A stretch of DNA of 64,000 nt from Macrostomum lignano (Eukaryota). The stretch covers positions 108,998 to 172,997 of the forward strand of contig NIVC01002445.1 of the NCBI GenBank assembly GCA_002269645.1, in the 5' to 3' direction. A program made the position numbers and the translations under genes. The notes below the pieces were generated by a model, which was not told the origin of the DNA, made no database searches, and saw nothing but the letters and a program-made list of their open reading frames with translations. The first letter of the stretch is position 1. Every line of letters starts with the position of its first letter. This document shows positions 35,957 to 48,409 of the stretch, in pieces.

Positions 35957-38900
35957 ATGTCGGAGTGCCTGCTCAGGCCAAACAGTTTTGCAAGCTACGG
36001 CTCACTCAACAACTTGCAGGAGGAGGCGGAGGCCGCAGCCAATGACTCCGAAGCTCTGGCGGCACCAGCCGCGGCTCCCGGCTTCGCCATCGCCGATGAG
36101 AAAATGCGCCGCCGGTTAAAATATTTCTTTATGACGCCGTGCGAAAAGTATCAAGCCAAAGGTCGGTTGCCATGGAAACTGTTGCTACAGCTGGCTAAGG
36201 TGGTGTTTGTCACCGCCCAGCTGTACGTGTTCGGCATCGAGACCTCCAGCCAGGTGGCCTTCATGGACTCAACAAGGGCGGCGTTTCGCCGGCTCTACCT
36301 GCAGGGCTGGGACGCCGGCTGGGAGTCGCCGATAGCCACCCACGGCCCGTTTGCTGTGTACACCTACGACACCATGTACGCTGTGCTGGATACGGCGCTG
36401 CGAGGCTACAACCAGACCCAGAGCGCTCTGGGCTCGTTCGATCTGCCAAACGCAACTGCCAACGGTCAGCAGCCGGAGCCGCAGTTCTGCGTCAGTTACT
36501 ATCGCAACCTGAGCGTTGACGCGGCAAATTTCCAATTCCAGCTGGACAACAGAGCCACTAAGCGATGCTTTTCTATGCGGCCAATCCAGCTGGAAAATGG
36601 AACCCTGGCCTACAATTCCAAGCAGTTGCTGCAGGAGAATAATTTTACACTTAACTTTGACAACGTGCTGATGGCCAGCCTGCAGTTCAATATTAACGCT
36701 ATACATTTCAATTTTGATGCGCCAAGGCTAACCAATGCTGAGTGCTTTCAGTTTAGCGTGTCTGTGAGTCTGCCTCTATTGTCACTTATGCTTGCATTTG
36801 CACTTCTATCAGCAGTCACAGAGACCTCTGTTGGTTGCGCCCTTTCTGTAGCTAGCGCCCCCTTCTGTAGCTGGCGCCCCCCTCTGTAGCTGGCGCTTCC
36901 TCTGTAGCTGGCGCCCCCCTCTGTAGCTGGCGCTTCCTCTGTAGCTGGCGCCCCCCTCTGTAGCTGGCGCCCCTTCTGTAGCTGGCGCTTCCTCTGTAGC
37001 TGGCGCCCCTTCTGTAGCTGGCGCTTCCTCTGTAGCTGGCGCCCCCCTCTGTAGCTGGCGCCCCCCTCTGTAGCTGGCGCCCCCCTCTGTAGCTGGCGCC
37101 CCCCTCTGTAGCTAGCGCCCCCCTCTGTAGCTAGCGCCCCTCTCTGTAGCTGGCGCTCTCCTCTGTAGCTGGCGCCCCCCTCTGTAGCTGGCGCCCCCCT
37201 CTGTAGCTGGCGCCCCCCTCTGTAGCTAGCGCCCCCCTCTGTAGCTAGCGCCCCTCTCTGTAGCTGGCGCTCCCCTCTGTAGCTAGCGCCCCCCTCTGTA
37301 GCTAGCGCCCCTCTCTGTAGCTGGCGCTCCCCTCTGTAGCTGGCGCCCCCCTCTGTAGCTGGCGCCCCTTCTGTAGCTGGCGCCCCTTCTGTAGCTGGCG
37401 CCCCCTTCTGTAGCTGGCGCCTCCTCTGTAGCTGACGCCCCCTCTGTAGCTGGCGCCCCTTCTGTAGCTGGCGCCCCCTCTGTAGCTGGCGCCTCCTCTG
37501 TAGCTGACGCCCCCTCTGTAGCTGGCGCCCCCTCTGTAGCTGGCGCCCCTTCTGTAGCTGACGCCCCCTCTGTAGCTGACGCCCCCTCTGTAGCTGGCGC
37601 CTCCTTTATAGCTCTATAGCTTTTCAGTAATCAAAACTTGAACTGAAATTTCGAGCTTATGAAAATTTAGGCTTGTAAAGTTTCCAGTTTTGTGAAGTTT
37701 CGTGCGCCTTTTACCGAGCACTTTACCTTAGCAGTGCTGCTTTCAGATAGAAACTGCTAAGTAACTTAGGCTAGCAAGTAAGAAGAGTGGACACCGTTTG
37801 AAATGAACAGTATCAGATGTATCTGATGCTAATACCTGGCCAGTGACAGCGATTGGGTTACTGCCAATCTGCGCATTTCAGAAGTTTCTTCTAAAAATTT
37901 GCACTTCACACCTGTGCCCCTCATCTCCGCAGATCAGATTCGACAACCAGGCGCATGCCGGTCAAGTGCTGGTGGGCCTGACCGCCAACCCCTCGACCAA
38001 GGCGTGCAATGCTCAGAGTCGCCAAGAGTCCATTAAATCCATGGGCTATTCCTCAGTCAAAGAGGCTCTGTACACCGTGCTGGACTCCTCCGTGATGCTT
38101 GTGTGCGCGCTGTCATTCTTGTCCTGCGGTCGTAGCCTGTACAGGGGATTCAAGATGCGAGTGGTGCGTCTTGGATGCGATGAAATCCCATCTTTCAGAT
38201 CCCTTAGTTAGATTGAAATCCCATCTTTCAGATCCCTCAATTAGATTGAAATCCCATCTTTTAGATCCCTTAATTAGATTGAAATCCCCTCTTTCAGATC
38301 CCTCAATTAGAGATTGAAAATCCCCTTTTTAGATCCCTTAATTGGATTGATATCCCCTCTTTCAGATCCCTTAATTAGATTGAAATCCCCTCTTTCAGAT
38401 CCCTCAATTAGAGATTGAAAATCCCCTTTTTAGACCCCTTAATTAGATTGATATTCCCTCTTTCAGATCCCTTAATTAGATTGAAATCCCCTCTTTCAGA
38501 TCCCTCAATTAGAGATTGAAAATCCCTTTTTTTAGATCCCTTAATTGGATTGATATCCCCTCTTTCAGATCCCTTAATTAGATTGAAATCCCCTTTATCA
38601 GATCCCTCAATTAAATTGAAATCCCATCTTTCAGATCCCTTAATTTGATTTAAATTCCATATTTTAGATCCCTTAATTAGATTGAAAATTGAAATCCCAT
38701 ATTTCAGATCCCTTAATTAGATTAAAATCCCCTCTTTCAGATCCCTCAATTAGATTGAAATCCCCTCTTTCAGATCCCTCAATTAGATTGAAATCCCCTC
38801 TTTCAAATCCCTTAATTAGATTGAAATCCCATATTTCAGATCCCTTTATTAGATTGAAATCCCATATTTCAGATCCCCTAATTAAGTCCTTGCTTTTAGA

Positions 38901-41900
38901 TGCTCAGCAGCTCAGGTCTAACTAATATCGCAAAGTTCCGCCTTCCCTAATCCGCAGCGCACCTTAGAGTACTTCCTCCAGACAGAGGATTACCGCCTCT
39001 CTCTAGACGAGCAATTTGAATTCGTCAATCTGTGGTTCGTGCTGATCATGCTCAACGACCTGCTTACCGTCGTTGGTTCTATTCAGAAAATTTTAATCGA
39101 ATATAAGGTGTGTTCTTTGGGTAGAATTTTGACACTTGCTACTTACGTAAACTAGTAGCTATATATGTGTATAAATTTTTGCCAATTTTCAGGTTGGCAA
39201 CAATGACAATTACATCACCTGCGGCCTGTTCCTCGGTGGCGGCGCTATGCTAGTGTGGTTGGGCACGCTTCGATATTTGAATTACTTTGCCAAATACAAT
39301 GTGAGTTTTGTAGAGTGATAATTTGTACTTTGTACTTTGTGTCTTTTGATCACTAGTGTGTCTTTGTTCCTTTGATCACTAATGTGTCTGTTCCTCTGAT
39401 CAGTAGTGTGTCTTTGTTCCTCTGATCAGTAGTGTCTTTGTTTCTCTGGTCAGTAGTGTTCCTTTGTTCCTTTGATCACTAATGTGTCTGTTCCTCTGAT
39501 CAGTAGTGTGTCTTTGTTCCTCTGATCAGTAGTGTCTTTGTTTCTCTGGTCAGTAGTGTGTCTTTGTTCCTTTGATCACTAATGTGTCTGTTCCTCTGAT
39601 CAGTAGTGTGTCTTTGTTCCTCTGATCAGTAGTGTCTTTGTTTCTCTGGTCAGTAGTGTTCCTTTGTTCCTTTGATCACTAGTGTATCTTTGTTTCCTTT
39701 GATTAATAATGTCTTGTGTTCCTCTGATCAATATCGTGTCTTTGTTTCTCTGATTACTAGTGTGTCTTTGTTCCTTTTGATCTTTAGTGTGCCTTTGTTC
39801 CTTCGCTTAATGTGTCTTTTTTCCTTTGATCAGTAGCGTAATTTGTGTCTTTTGATCACTAGTGTGTCTTTGTCCCCTTTGATCAATCGTGTGTCTTTGT
39901 TCCTTTGATCACTAGTGTCTCTTTGTTCCTTTGATCAATAGTGTGTCTTTGTTCCTTTGATCAATTGTGTGTCTTTGTCCCTTTGATTAATAGTGTGTCT
40001 TTGTTCCTTTGATCAATGGTGTGTCTTTGTTCCTTTGATCAATAGTGTGTCTTTGTCCCTTTGATCACTAGTGTGTCTTTGTTCCTTTGATCACTAGTGT
40101 GTCTTTGTCCCCTTGATCAATAGTGTGTTTTTGTTCCCTTGATCAATAGTGTTTGTTTGTTCCTTTGATCAATAGTGTGTCTTTGTTCCTTTGATCACTA
40201 GTGTGTCTTTGTCCCCTTGATCAATAGTGTGTCTTTGTTCCTTTGATCAATAGTGTGTCTTTGTTCCTTTGATCACTAGTGTGTCTTTGTTCCTTTGATC
40301 AATAGTGTGTCTTTGTCCCTTTGATCAATAGTGTGTCTTTGTTCCTTTGATCAATAGTGTGTCTTTGTCCCCTTGATCACTAGTGTGTCTTTGTTCCTTT
40401 GATCAATAGTGTGTCTTTGTTCCTTTGATCAATGGTGTGTCTTTGTCCCTTTGATCACTAGTGTGTCTTTGTTTCTTTGATCACTAGTGTGTCTTTGTCC
40501 CCTTGATCAATAGTGTGTCTTTGTTCCTTTGATCAATAGTGTGTCTTTGTTCCTTTGATCAATGGTGTGTCTTTGTCCCTTTGATCAATGGTGTGTCTTT
40601 GTCCCTTTGATCAATAGTGTGTCTTTGTTCCTTTGATCAATGGTGTGTCTTTGTCCCTTTGATCAATAGTGTGTCTTTGTTCCTTTGATCAATGGTGTGT
40701 CTTTGTCCCCTTTGATCAATAGTGTGTCTTTGTTCCTTTGATCAATAGTGTGTCTTTGTTCCTTTGATCACTAGTGTGTCTTTGTTCCTTTGATCACTAG
40801 TGTGTCTTTGTTCCTTTGATCAATAGTGTGTCTTTGTTCCTTCGATCAATAGTGTTTGTTTGTTCCTTTGATCAATAGTGTGTCTTTGTTCCTTTGATCA
40901 ATAGTGTGTCTTTGTCCCCTTTGATCAATAGTGTGTCTTTGTTCCTTTGATCACTAGTGTGTCTTTGTTCCTTTGATCAATGGTGTGTCTTTGTCCCCTT
41001 TGATCAATAGTGTGTCTTTGTTCCTTTGATCAATAGTGTCTTTGTTCCTTTGATCACTAGTGTGTCTTTGTCCCCTTGATCAATAGTGTGTCCTTGTTCC
41101 TTTGATCAATAGTGTATATTTGTTCCTTTGATGAATGGTGTGTCTTTGTCCCTTTGATCACTAGTGTGTCTTTGTCCCCTTGATCAATAGTGTGTCTTTG
41201 TTCCCTTGATCAATAGTGTGTCTTTGTTCCTTTGATCACTAGTGTGTCTTTGTCCCCTTGATCAATAGTGTGTCTTTGTTCCTTTGATCAATAGTGTATA
41301 TTTGTTCCTTTGATGAATGGTGTGTCTTTGTCCCTTTGATCACTAGTGTGTCTTTGTCCCCTTGATCAATAGTGTGTCTTTGTTCCCTTGATCAATAGTG
41401 TGTCTTTGTTCCTTTGATCACTAGTGTGTCTTTGTCCCCTTGATCAATAGTGTGTCTTTGTTCCCTTGATCAATAGTGTGTCTTTGTTCCTTTGATCAAT
41501 AGTGTGTCTTTGTTCCTTTGATCAATAGTGTGTCTTTGTCCCCTTTGATCAATAGTGTGGGTTTGTTGGCCTCTGGTGCACCGCCTTTGGCGACATGGTC
41601 CCACAACCAGCGCTGAGGCAGCTCTGCCCAATCCGCAGACTCCTGAGCGCATGCAAGCGCACCAACACAGTACGCAGGCACGCAATCACACACTCGCTCA
41701 CACAGGGTGTACAGCGGTCCTGACTTTCTAATTGTCAGGCGCTTTGTTGCAGTGCTGTATTAATTTGAGCTACAGTGGGTCTTTGTTTTTATTTGTGTAG
41801 CCATGCCCTTTCAACTCTCGCCCGCCACCCCTTCTTACCCAGGTGCTGCTGCTGACCATCAAGCGCAGCCTGCCGGACATCATCCGCTTCCTGGTGTGCG

Positions 41901-43097
41901 CCGTGGTGCTGTTCCTGTCCTTCTCCCTGTTCGGCTGGATCACCTTCGGGCCTTATCACGCCAAGTTCCGCGGCTTCTTCATCACCCTGGAGTGCCTGTT
42001 CGCGCTGGTTAACGGAGATGACATCTTCAATACGTTCGCCATGCTGCCGCAGGACACCACCAACACCTACATCTATGTGGTGTCGCGCATCTATCTGTAC
42101 TCATTTATATCGCTGTTCATCTATATTGTGCTCAACGTGTGCATCTCTATTATAATAGAGGCGTACGAGACTGTCACGGTAAGGCTGATTTAAGCGATTT
42201 GTAAATATTCCATAGTCAATTAAGCTAAGTATCCACTGAATACTCGCTGAATACTCGCTGAATACTCGCTAAATACCCGCTGAATACTCGGTAAATACCC
42301 GCTGAATACTCGCTGAATACTCGCTAAATACCCGCTGAATACTCGGTAAATACCCGCTGAATACTCGGTAAATACCCGCTGAATGAGCTGAATACCCGCT
42401 GAATGAGCTGAATACCCGCTGAATGAGCTGAATACCTGCTGAATGAGCTGAATACCCGCTGAATGAGCTGAATACCCGCTGAATGAGCTGAATACCCACT
42501 GAATGAGCTGAATACCCACTGAATGAGCTGAATACCCGCTGAATGAGCTGAATACCCGCTGAATGAGCTGAATGCCCGCTGAATGAGCTGAATACCCGCT
42601 GAATGAGCTGAATACCCGCTGAATGAGCTGAATACCCGCTGAACGATCTATATGTCACCTAAAGTCAGTCCGGCAGTCCAGCTAACCGAGTCCGCGCTCC
42701 CCAACCCCCGACAGCACCGCAGTGGTCTGACGCAGCCCTCCCGCCTGTGGCAGTTCATCGCCGAGTGTGCCGACCCGGCCAGCTCCGTCGCTTATCGACA
42801 CGACGCCGCCGAACGCGCGGCGGCCGCCGCCCGGCCCTTCAGCTGGCTGATGCGCGCCCTTCAGTCCTCCCTGGTGTCCCGGGTTCGATTCAACCGGCAT
42901 CGAACCGCTGGCGGCGTCGGCGGCGTCAGGGAGTTCAATGTCAACGATAGCGATGAACTCGGAGGTGGCGGCGGCAGCGGAGACATCGGCGGCGATGGCC
43001 GCGGCGGCAGGAGACGCAGCGAGAGTCTGGCCTCGCCTTGGGACGCCGACAATCTGGGCGGTAGCGGCGGATTCGACTATGGCAGACTGTCGTCTTT

Positions 43098-43155
<58 letters not shown>

Positions 43156-43218
43156 CATCTTCATCACAGCTGGTCGGACACGGGAGACGAGCAGCAGCAC
43201 CGCCCCGAGATACTGTAG
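35957..43218 (+). CDS. MCOLN: Mucolipin (TRPML) lysosomal cation channel, ~711 aa
   Basis: Exons 35957-36763, 37933-38163, 38958-39107, 39193-39300, 41843-42178, 42715-43218 (all phase 0). Motifs RRRLKYFFMTPCEKY..KGR.PWKLLLQ, IRFDNQAH.G, EFVNLW, LVW.GTLRY, pore FALVNGDDIF, LYSFISLFIYIVLNV.I.II..AYE, FIAEC. Confidence 0.95.
36820..37610. repeat. ~20-bp minisatellite in mucolipin intron 1
   Basis: CTGTAGCTGGCGCCCCC(C)T units. Confidence 0.95.
38180..38885. repeat. ~32-bp minisatellite in mucolipin intron 2
   Basis: AGATTGAAATCCCCTCTTTCAGATCCCT(T/C)AATT units. Confidence 0.93.
39330..41560. repeat. ~26-bp minisatellite in mucolipin intron 4
   Basis: TTGATCA(A/C)TAGTGTGTCTTTGTTCCT units. Confidence 0.97.
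41557..41773 (-). mobile_element. SINE copy E with extended 3' tail
   Basis: Body matches copy A (GCGCATGCAAGCGCACCAACACAGTACGCAGGCACGC...CACAGGGTGTACAGCGGTCCTGAC on +); the tail runs directly into the 26-bp array. Confidence 0.75.
42230..42640. repeat. ~20-bp minisatellite in mucolipin intron 5
   Basis: GCTGAATGAGCTGAATACCC and GCTGAATACTC units. Confidence 0.93.
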
Positions 43219-43359
43219 CGGAATTCCTATTCAGATTGTTATGCTACTGCACCTGTTGGATGGTAATTATTAATTCTCTATTAAGACAGCTGAGTTGTGT
43301 ACTGCGGTTTTTGTTTGATGCTATCGTGTCTTTTCGGCCGATGTAGTAAGGTTGATAAT

Positions 43360-44090
43360 GTATTAGGTTGCCCGTGTGGCAGGTTGCCTGCCTTTGGTGT
43401 AGGGTGCCTTTGTGATAGGTTGCTAGTGTGGTAGGTCGCCTTTGTGGTAGGTTGCCCCTGTAATAGGTTGCCCCTGTAGGTTGCATATGTGATAGGTTGC
43501 CCCTGTAATAGGTTGCCCCTGTAGTAGGTTGCCCATGTGATAGGTTGCCCCTGTAATAGGTTGCCCATTTGATAGGTTGCCCCTGTGATAGGTTGCCTAT
43601 GTAGTAGGTTGCCCATGTGGTAGGTTGCTCATGTGGTAGGTTGCCCATGTGGTGGGTTGCCCGTGTGTTGGGTTGCCCGTGTGGTGGGTTGCCCATGTGG
43701 TAGGTTGCCCCTGTAGTAGGTTGTCCATGTGGTAGGTTGCCCCTGTAGTAGGTTGCCCATGTAGTAGGTTGCCCATGTAGTAGGTTGTCCATGTGGTAGG
43801 TTGCCCCTGTAGTAGGTTGCCCCTGTAGTAGGTTGCCCCTGTATTAGGTTGCCAATGTGGTAGGTTGCTCATGTGGTAGGTTGCCCGTGTGGTGGGTTGC
43901 CCATGTGGTAGGTTGCCCGTGTGGTGGGTTGCCTATGTGGTGGGTTGCTCATGTGGTGGTTTGCCCGTGTGATGGGTTGCCTATGTGGTGGGTTGCCCGT
44001 GTGATGGGTTGCCCATGTGGTGGGTTGCCCGTGTGATGGGTTGCCCATGTGGTGGGTTGCCCATGTGGTGGGTTGCCCGTGTGATGGGTT
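43360..44090. repeat. 18-bp minisatellite downstream of the mucolipin stop
   Basis: GT(A/G)GTAGGTTGCCC(CT/AT)GT units. Confidence 0.93.
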
Positions 44091-44779
44091 GATAACCTAG
44101 TAGATGGGACTGGGACTGGATGGGCTGCCCACCAAACAGATTCAATCAGATTTTCTTTAGAAATTGATTGCACATTCTGTAATTATCATTGAGCAACACC
44201 CCGTGATTTCTTTCACATGTAAACAATGCTCATATTGCCGTATTGTAATTTGCAGTCTAATTATATTCAGCCCTTTTCGTGTTTTTTGTCCTTCTCAGCT
44301 TGTTTCGTCTTCTGTTACACTTTGATTATCCCCAATGCGCTACTTGTAAGTAGAGAATCTGGTGTTTTTATCGCAGCATATATTGCTGTTCCATATTTAC
44401 ACGCAAGAAATGTCCCCAATCAGATGGAATTCCTAATTCTATAATTTTACGCACCTTTTTTAGCTTGCCAGCTTTTCTAAGAATAATTTCACTTGGCACA
44501 AACTATTCTGCCCATGTCCGATATGCACTACTGGGAATCTCTAAGTAGTCCGATGCAAGTTTCATACTTTTTGCACGGTAATAATGACACTGTTTGTATG
44601 CTAATTCGGTTAGATCTTCCAGCTGCCTGGTTCTATTCTCAGATTCATTTTATTTTCAATAAAACTTTCCAATTGAATTGGTATGAATGGATGCTACTTT
44701 CATGTCATTTAGATTTGCGATGCTAATCCTTGTATTGACAAATTCTTAGAGACAATCTTTGCATTCACGTCTAGAGGTG

Positions 44780-46360
44780 CTTATTGATTCACTCTTGATT
44801 TACTTTCAGAGTCACACTTTTTGATTCACTCTAAAAGGTATTCTGATTCACTCCTCGAGTCACTCTAGTAATCTCTCTTGGTTTCACTCTTTGGAGTCAC
44901 CCTAATTCACTCTTAGAGTCATCTTGGATTCACTCGCGAGTCACTCTTTTGTTCAATGCCAGATTCACTATTAGTTATTTGAGTCACTCTTGATTCACTA
45001 CTAGTTACTTGAGTCACTCCTTGATTCACTCCTAGAGTCACTCTCATTCCCTAGAGTCACTCTGATTCACTCCTAGAGTAACTCTGACTCACTCCTAAAA
45101 TCGACTCTGATTCACTCCTAAAGCCACTCTGATTCACTCCGAAAGTCACTATGATTCATCCCTAGAGTCACTCTGATTCATCCCTAGCGTCACTCTGATT
45201 CACTCTTAAAGTAACTCTGATTCACCCCTAGAGTCACTCTGATTCACTCCTAAAGTCACTCTGATTCACTCCTAAAGTCACTCTGATTCACTCCTAAAGC
45301 CACTCTGATTCACTCCGAAAGTCACTATGATTCATCCCTAGAGTCACTCTGATTCATCCCTAGCGTCACTCTGATTCACTCTTAAAGTAACTCTGATTCA
45401 CCCCTAGAGTCACTCTGATTCACTCCTAAAGTCACTCTGATTCACTCCTAAAGTCACTCTAATTCACTTCTAAAGTCACTCTGATTCACTCCTAAAGTCG
45501 CTCTGATTCACTCCTAAAGTCACTCTGATTCACTCCTAAAGTCGCTCTGATTCACTCCTAAAGTCACTCTGATTCACTCCTAAAGTCACTCTGATTCACT
45601 CTTAAAGTCACTCTGATTCACTCCTAAAGTCACTCTGATTCACTCCTAAAGTCACTCTGATTCACTCCTAAAGTCACTCTGATTCACTCCTAAAGTCACT
45701 CTGATTCACTCCTAAAGTCGCTCTGATTCACTCCTAAAGTCACTCTGATTCACTCCTAAAGTCACTCTGATTCACTCCTAAAGTCACTCTGATTCACTCC
45801 TAAAGTCGCTCTGATTCACTCCTAAAGTCACTCTGATTCACTCTTAAAGTCACTCTGATTCACTCCTAAAGTCACTCTGATTCATCCCTAGAGTCACTCT
45901 GATTCACTCTTAAAGTCACTCTGATTCACTCCTAAAGTCACTCTGATTCACTCCTAAAGTCACTCTGATTCATCCCTAGAGTCACTCTGATTCACTCTTA
46001 AAGTCACTCTGATTCACTCCTAAAGTCACTCTGATTCACTTCTAAAGTCACTCTGATTCACTTCTAAAGTCACTCTGATTCACTCCTAAAGTCACTCTGA
46101 TTCATCCCTAGAGTCACTCTGATTCACTCTTAAAGTCACTCTGATTCACTCCTAAAGTCACTCTGATTCACTCCTAAAGTCACTCTGATTCACTCCTAAA
46201 GTCACTCTGATTCACTCCTAAAGTCACTCTGATTCGCTCGCGAGTCACTCTTTGATTCCAATCGCAAATTCAGTCCTAGAGCCACTGATTCACTCCTGGA
46301 GTCACTCTTATGTTCAATCCTAGAGTCACTCTTATGTTCAATCCTAGAGTCACTCTATGA
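44780..46360. repeat. 22-bp minisatellite ending ~25 nt before the USP start codon
   Basis: GTCACTCTGATTCACTCCTAAA units. Confidence 0.97.
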
Positions 46361-46384
46361 TTCACTCGCGCCCGCAGCGAGCCC

Positions 46385-47261
46385 ATGGGTGCCTACCTAA
46401 GCAGCAGCGCAGCCGCCACGGCCGCTGCCTCATCTGCCGAGTCCGGCAACCCGCTAAACAGCGGCATTCCGCGCACGCATCGCCGAGTCCTGATCGCCAT
46501 TGACGAATCGCTGGGCGCTCAAAAAGCCTTCGATTTCTGGAGCGGCGTGGCGCGCAGTCAGGATGACAGCATCCTGCTGGTGAACGCTGTGGAGGTGCCG
46601 AACGTGCCGACCGGACTGCTGCTGTCCCCCACCGGGTAGGCCGTGCAGACAGGGTTGAGCAGTGCTTGACGAATAACTTTTGAATTTTGAATTTGAAAAC
46701 TATTAAAACAAATCTCTCATATACCCACAAAATACTAAGACAGTACAAGAGAATCTTCCTCAGTCAGCTTTGAGATCAGACATTATCCAGCTTTGAGAAC
46801 AGCCATTAACCAGCTTTGAGAACAGCCATTAACCAGCTTTGAGAACAGCCATTAACCAGCTTTGAGAACAGCCATTAACCAGCTTTGAGAACAGCCATTA
46901 ACCAGCTTTGAGAACAGCCATTAACCAACAATAAGAAGCTGTTAATGAACTCGAGTCTCCCAAATTCCGCAGCTCATTTGACTACTCGGAGTACCAGAAG
47001 CAGACTCAGCCGCTGCTGGAACGGGCCCAGCGACTCAAGGCCAACATGATGGCCAAATGCGAGCAGCGCAAGCTTCGCTGCAAGTTCATCACGGAGGTTG
47101 GCAGCCCGGCAACTGCTGTGCTTGACGCGGCTAAGACCTTCTCAGCCTCGGTCATTGTAGTTGGCTGCTGCGGTCACAAGAACCACTTGTTGGGCTCGGT
47201 TAGCAACTATATTCTGCAGCACTCCTGCCGGCCTGTGGTCATTGTGCCCCGGTTCGACTGA
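46385..47261 (+). CDS. Universal stress protein (UspA-like), 179 aa
   Basis: Exons 46385-46635 and 46973-47261 (phase 2). RRVLIAIDES...AF, ILLVNAV, GSPATAVL..A....ASVIVVG..G....LLGSVSNYILQHS.RPVVIVP. Confidence 0.9.
46775..46925. repeat. ~23-bp tandem repeat in USP intron
   Basis: CCAGCTTTGAGAACAGCCATTAA x~6. Confidence 0.9.
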
Positions 47262-47434
47262 ACTGCAGCTGGGATAACCTTGAATTGACTGATAGGTGGG
47301 TGCAGGCTGATTGCTTTGCACTTTGTTGCTTTGAGAAGGTCTGCTAATCTGTTGCCTAAATGTCATGTGATGTGATGTATATTCGCCTAACCAATGAGTT
47401 AGCGGAAAATTATGGTTAAGGTTTAAAGTTATAT

Positions 47435-47820
47435 TCCAGCCAATCAGAGACGAGATCAGTCTAGCTTAGAGCAAGCATCCAGCCAATCAGAAACGAGATC
47501 AGTCTAGCTTAGAGCAAGCATCCAACCAATCAGAGACGAGATCAGTGTAGCTTAGCTAGCTTCCAGCCAATCTGAGACGAGATCAGTCTAGCCTAGCTAG
47601 TTTCCAGCCAATCAGAGACGAGATCAATCTAGCTTAGCTAGTTTCCAGCCAATCAGAGACGAGATCAGTCTAGCTTAGCTAGTTTCCTGCCAATCAGAGA
47701 CGAGATCAGTCTAGCCTAGCTAGTTTCCAGCCAATCAGAGACGAGATCAGTCTAGCCTAGCTAGTTTCCAGCCAATCAGAGACGAGATCTGCCGTCTAGA
47801 TTAGTTTTTCCAGCTAATCA
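47435..47820. repeat. ~42-bp tandem repeat carrying CCAATCAG in each unit
   Basis: CCAGCCAATCAGAGACGAGATCAGTCTAGC(T/C)TAGCTAGTTT units. Confidence 0.9.
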
Positions 47821-48409
47821 GAACTTCCGTTTAAACTCCAATTAAAATTCCAATCATGTTTATTTTCAATAGCAGATTTTAAGAAAGTAGTTGACATTTC
47901 GTGTGTAGTTTATTTTTACTTGATCCATTTTTGTTATATACTATTCTGTAAAATACTTTCGATCTCAGAGTGTTGCGTTATTTATATTTATATTTAAGAG
48001 TAGTAAAATTTTCATCTTGTTTTAGTAATCGCTGTTTTAATTTTATACCATAGTTCCATGCTATAAAATGGAATAATAATTCCATACTATACCTTGCAGC
48101 CTTTGCTTAAACCATTATACCGAGTAATTTTTAATACTATGCTTTTACCACTGTGATATGTAAATCTATTTATCATGGGAATACAAGTTATTAGTACACT
48201 AACAGGCTAATCCGTTCTGTTTGCTGTGCAGTTTTCTGGTTACCAGCCGCACTATATATCAAATTAATACGCACATTAAACTGACAGCTGATTTATTCTC
48301 TATCTCCGTCACTTTCTCTTGTTTTTGAAAGGAGGGTACGAGCAGCATTGTGGAGGTTTAGTGTGGAGGATGAGGATGAGATTAGGTCAGAAGAAAGTAG
48401 TGGAAGTGT

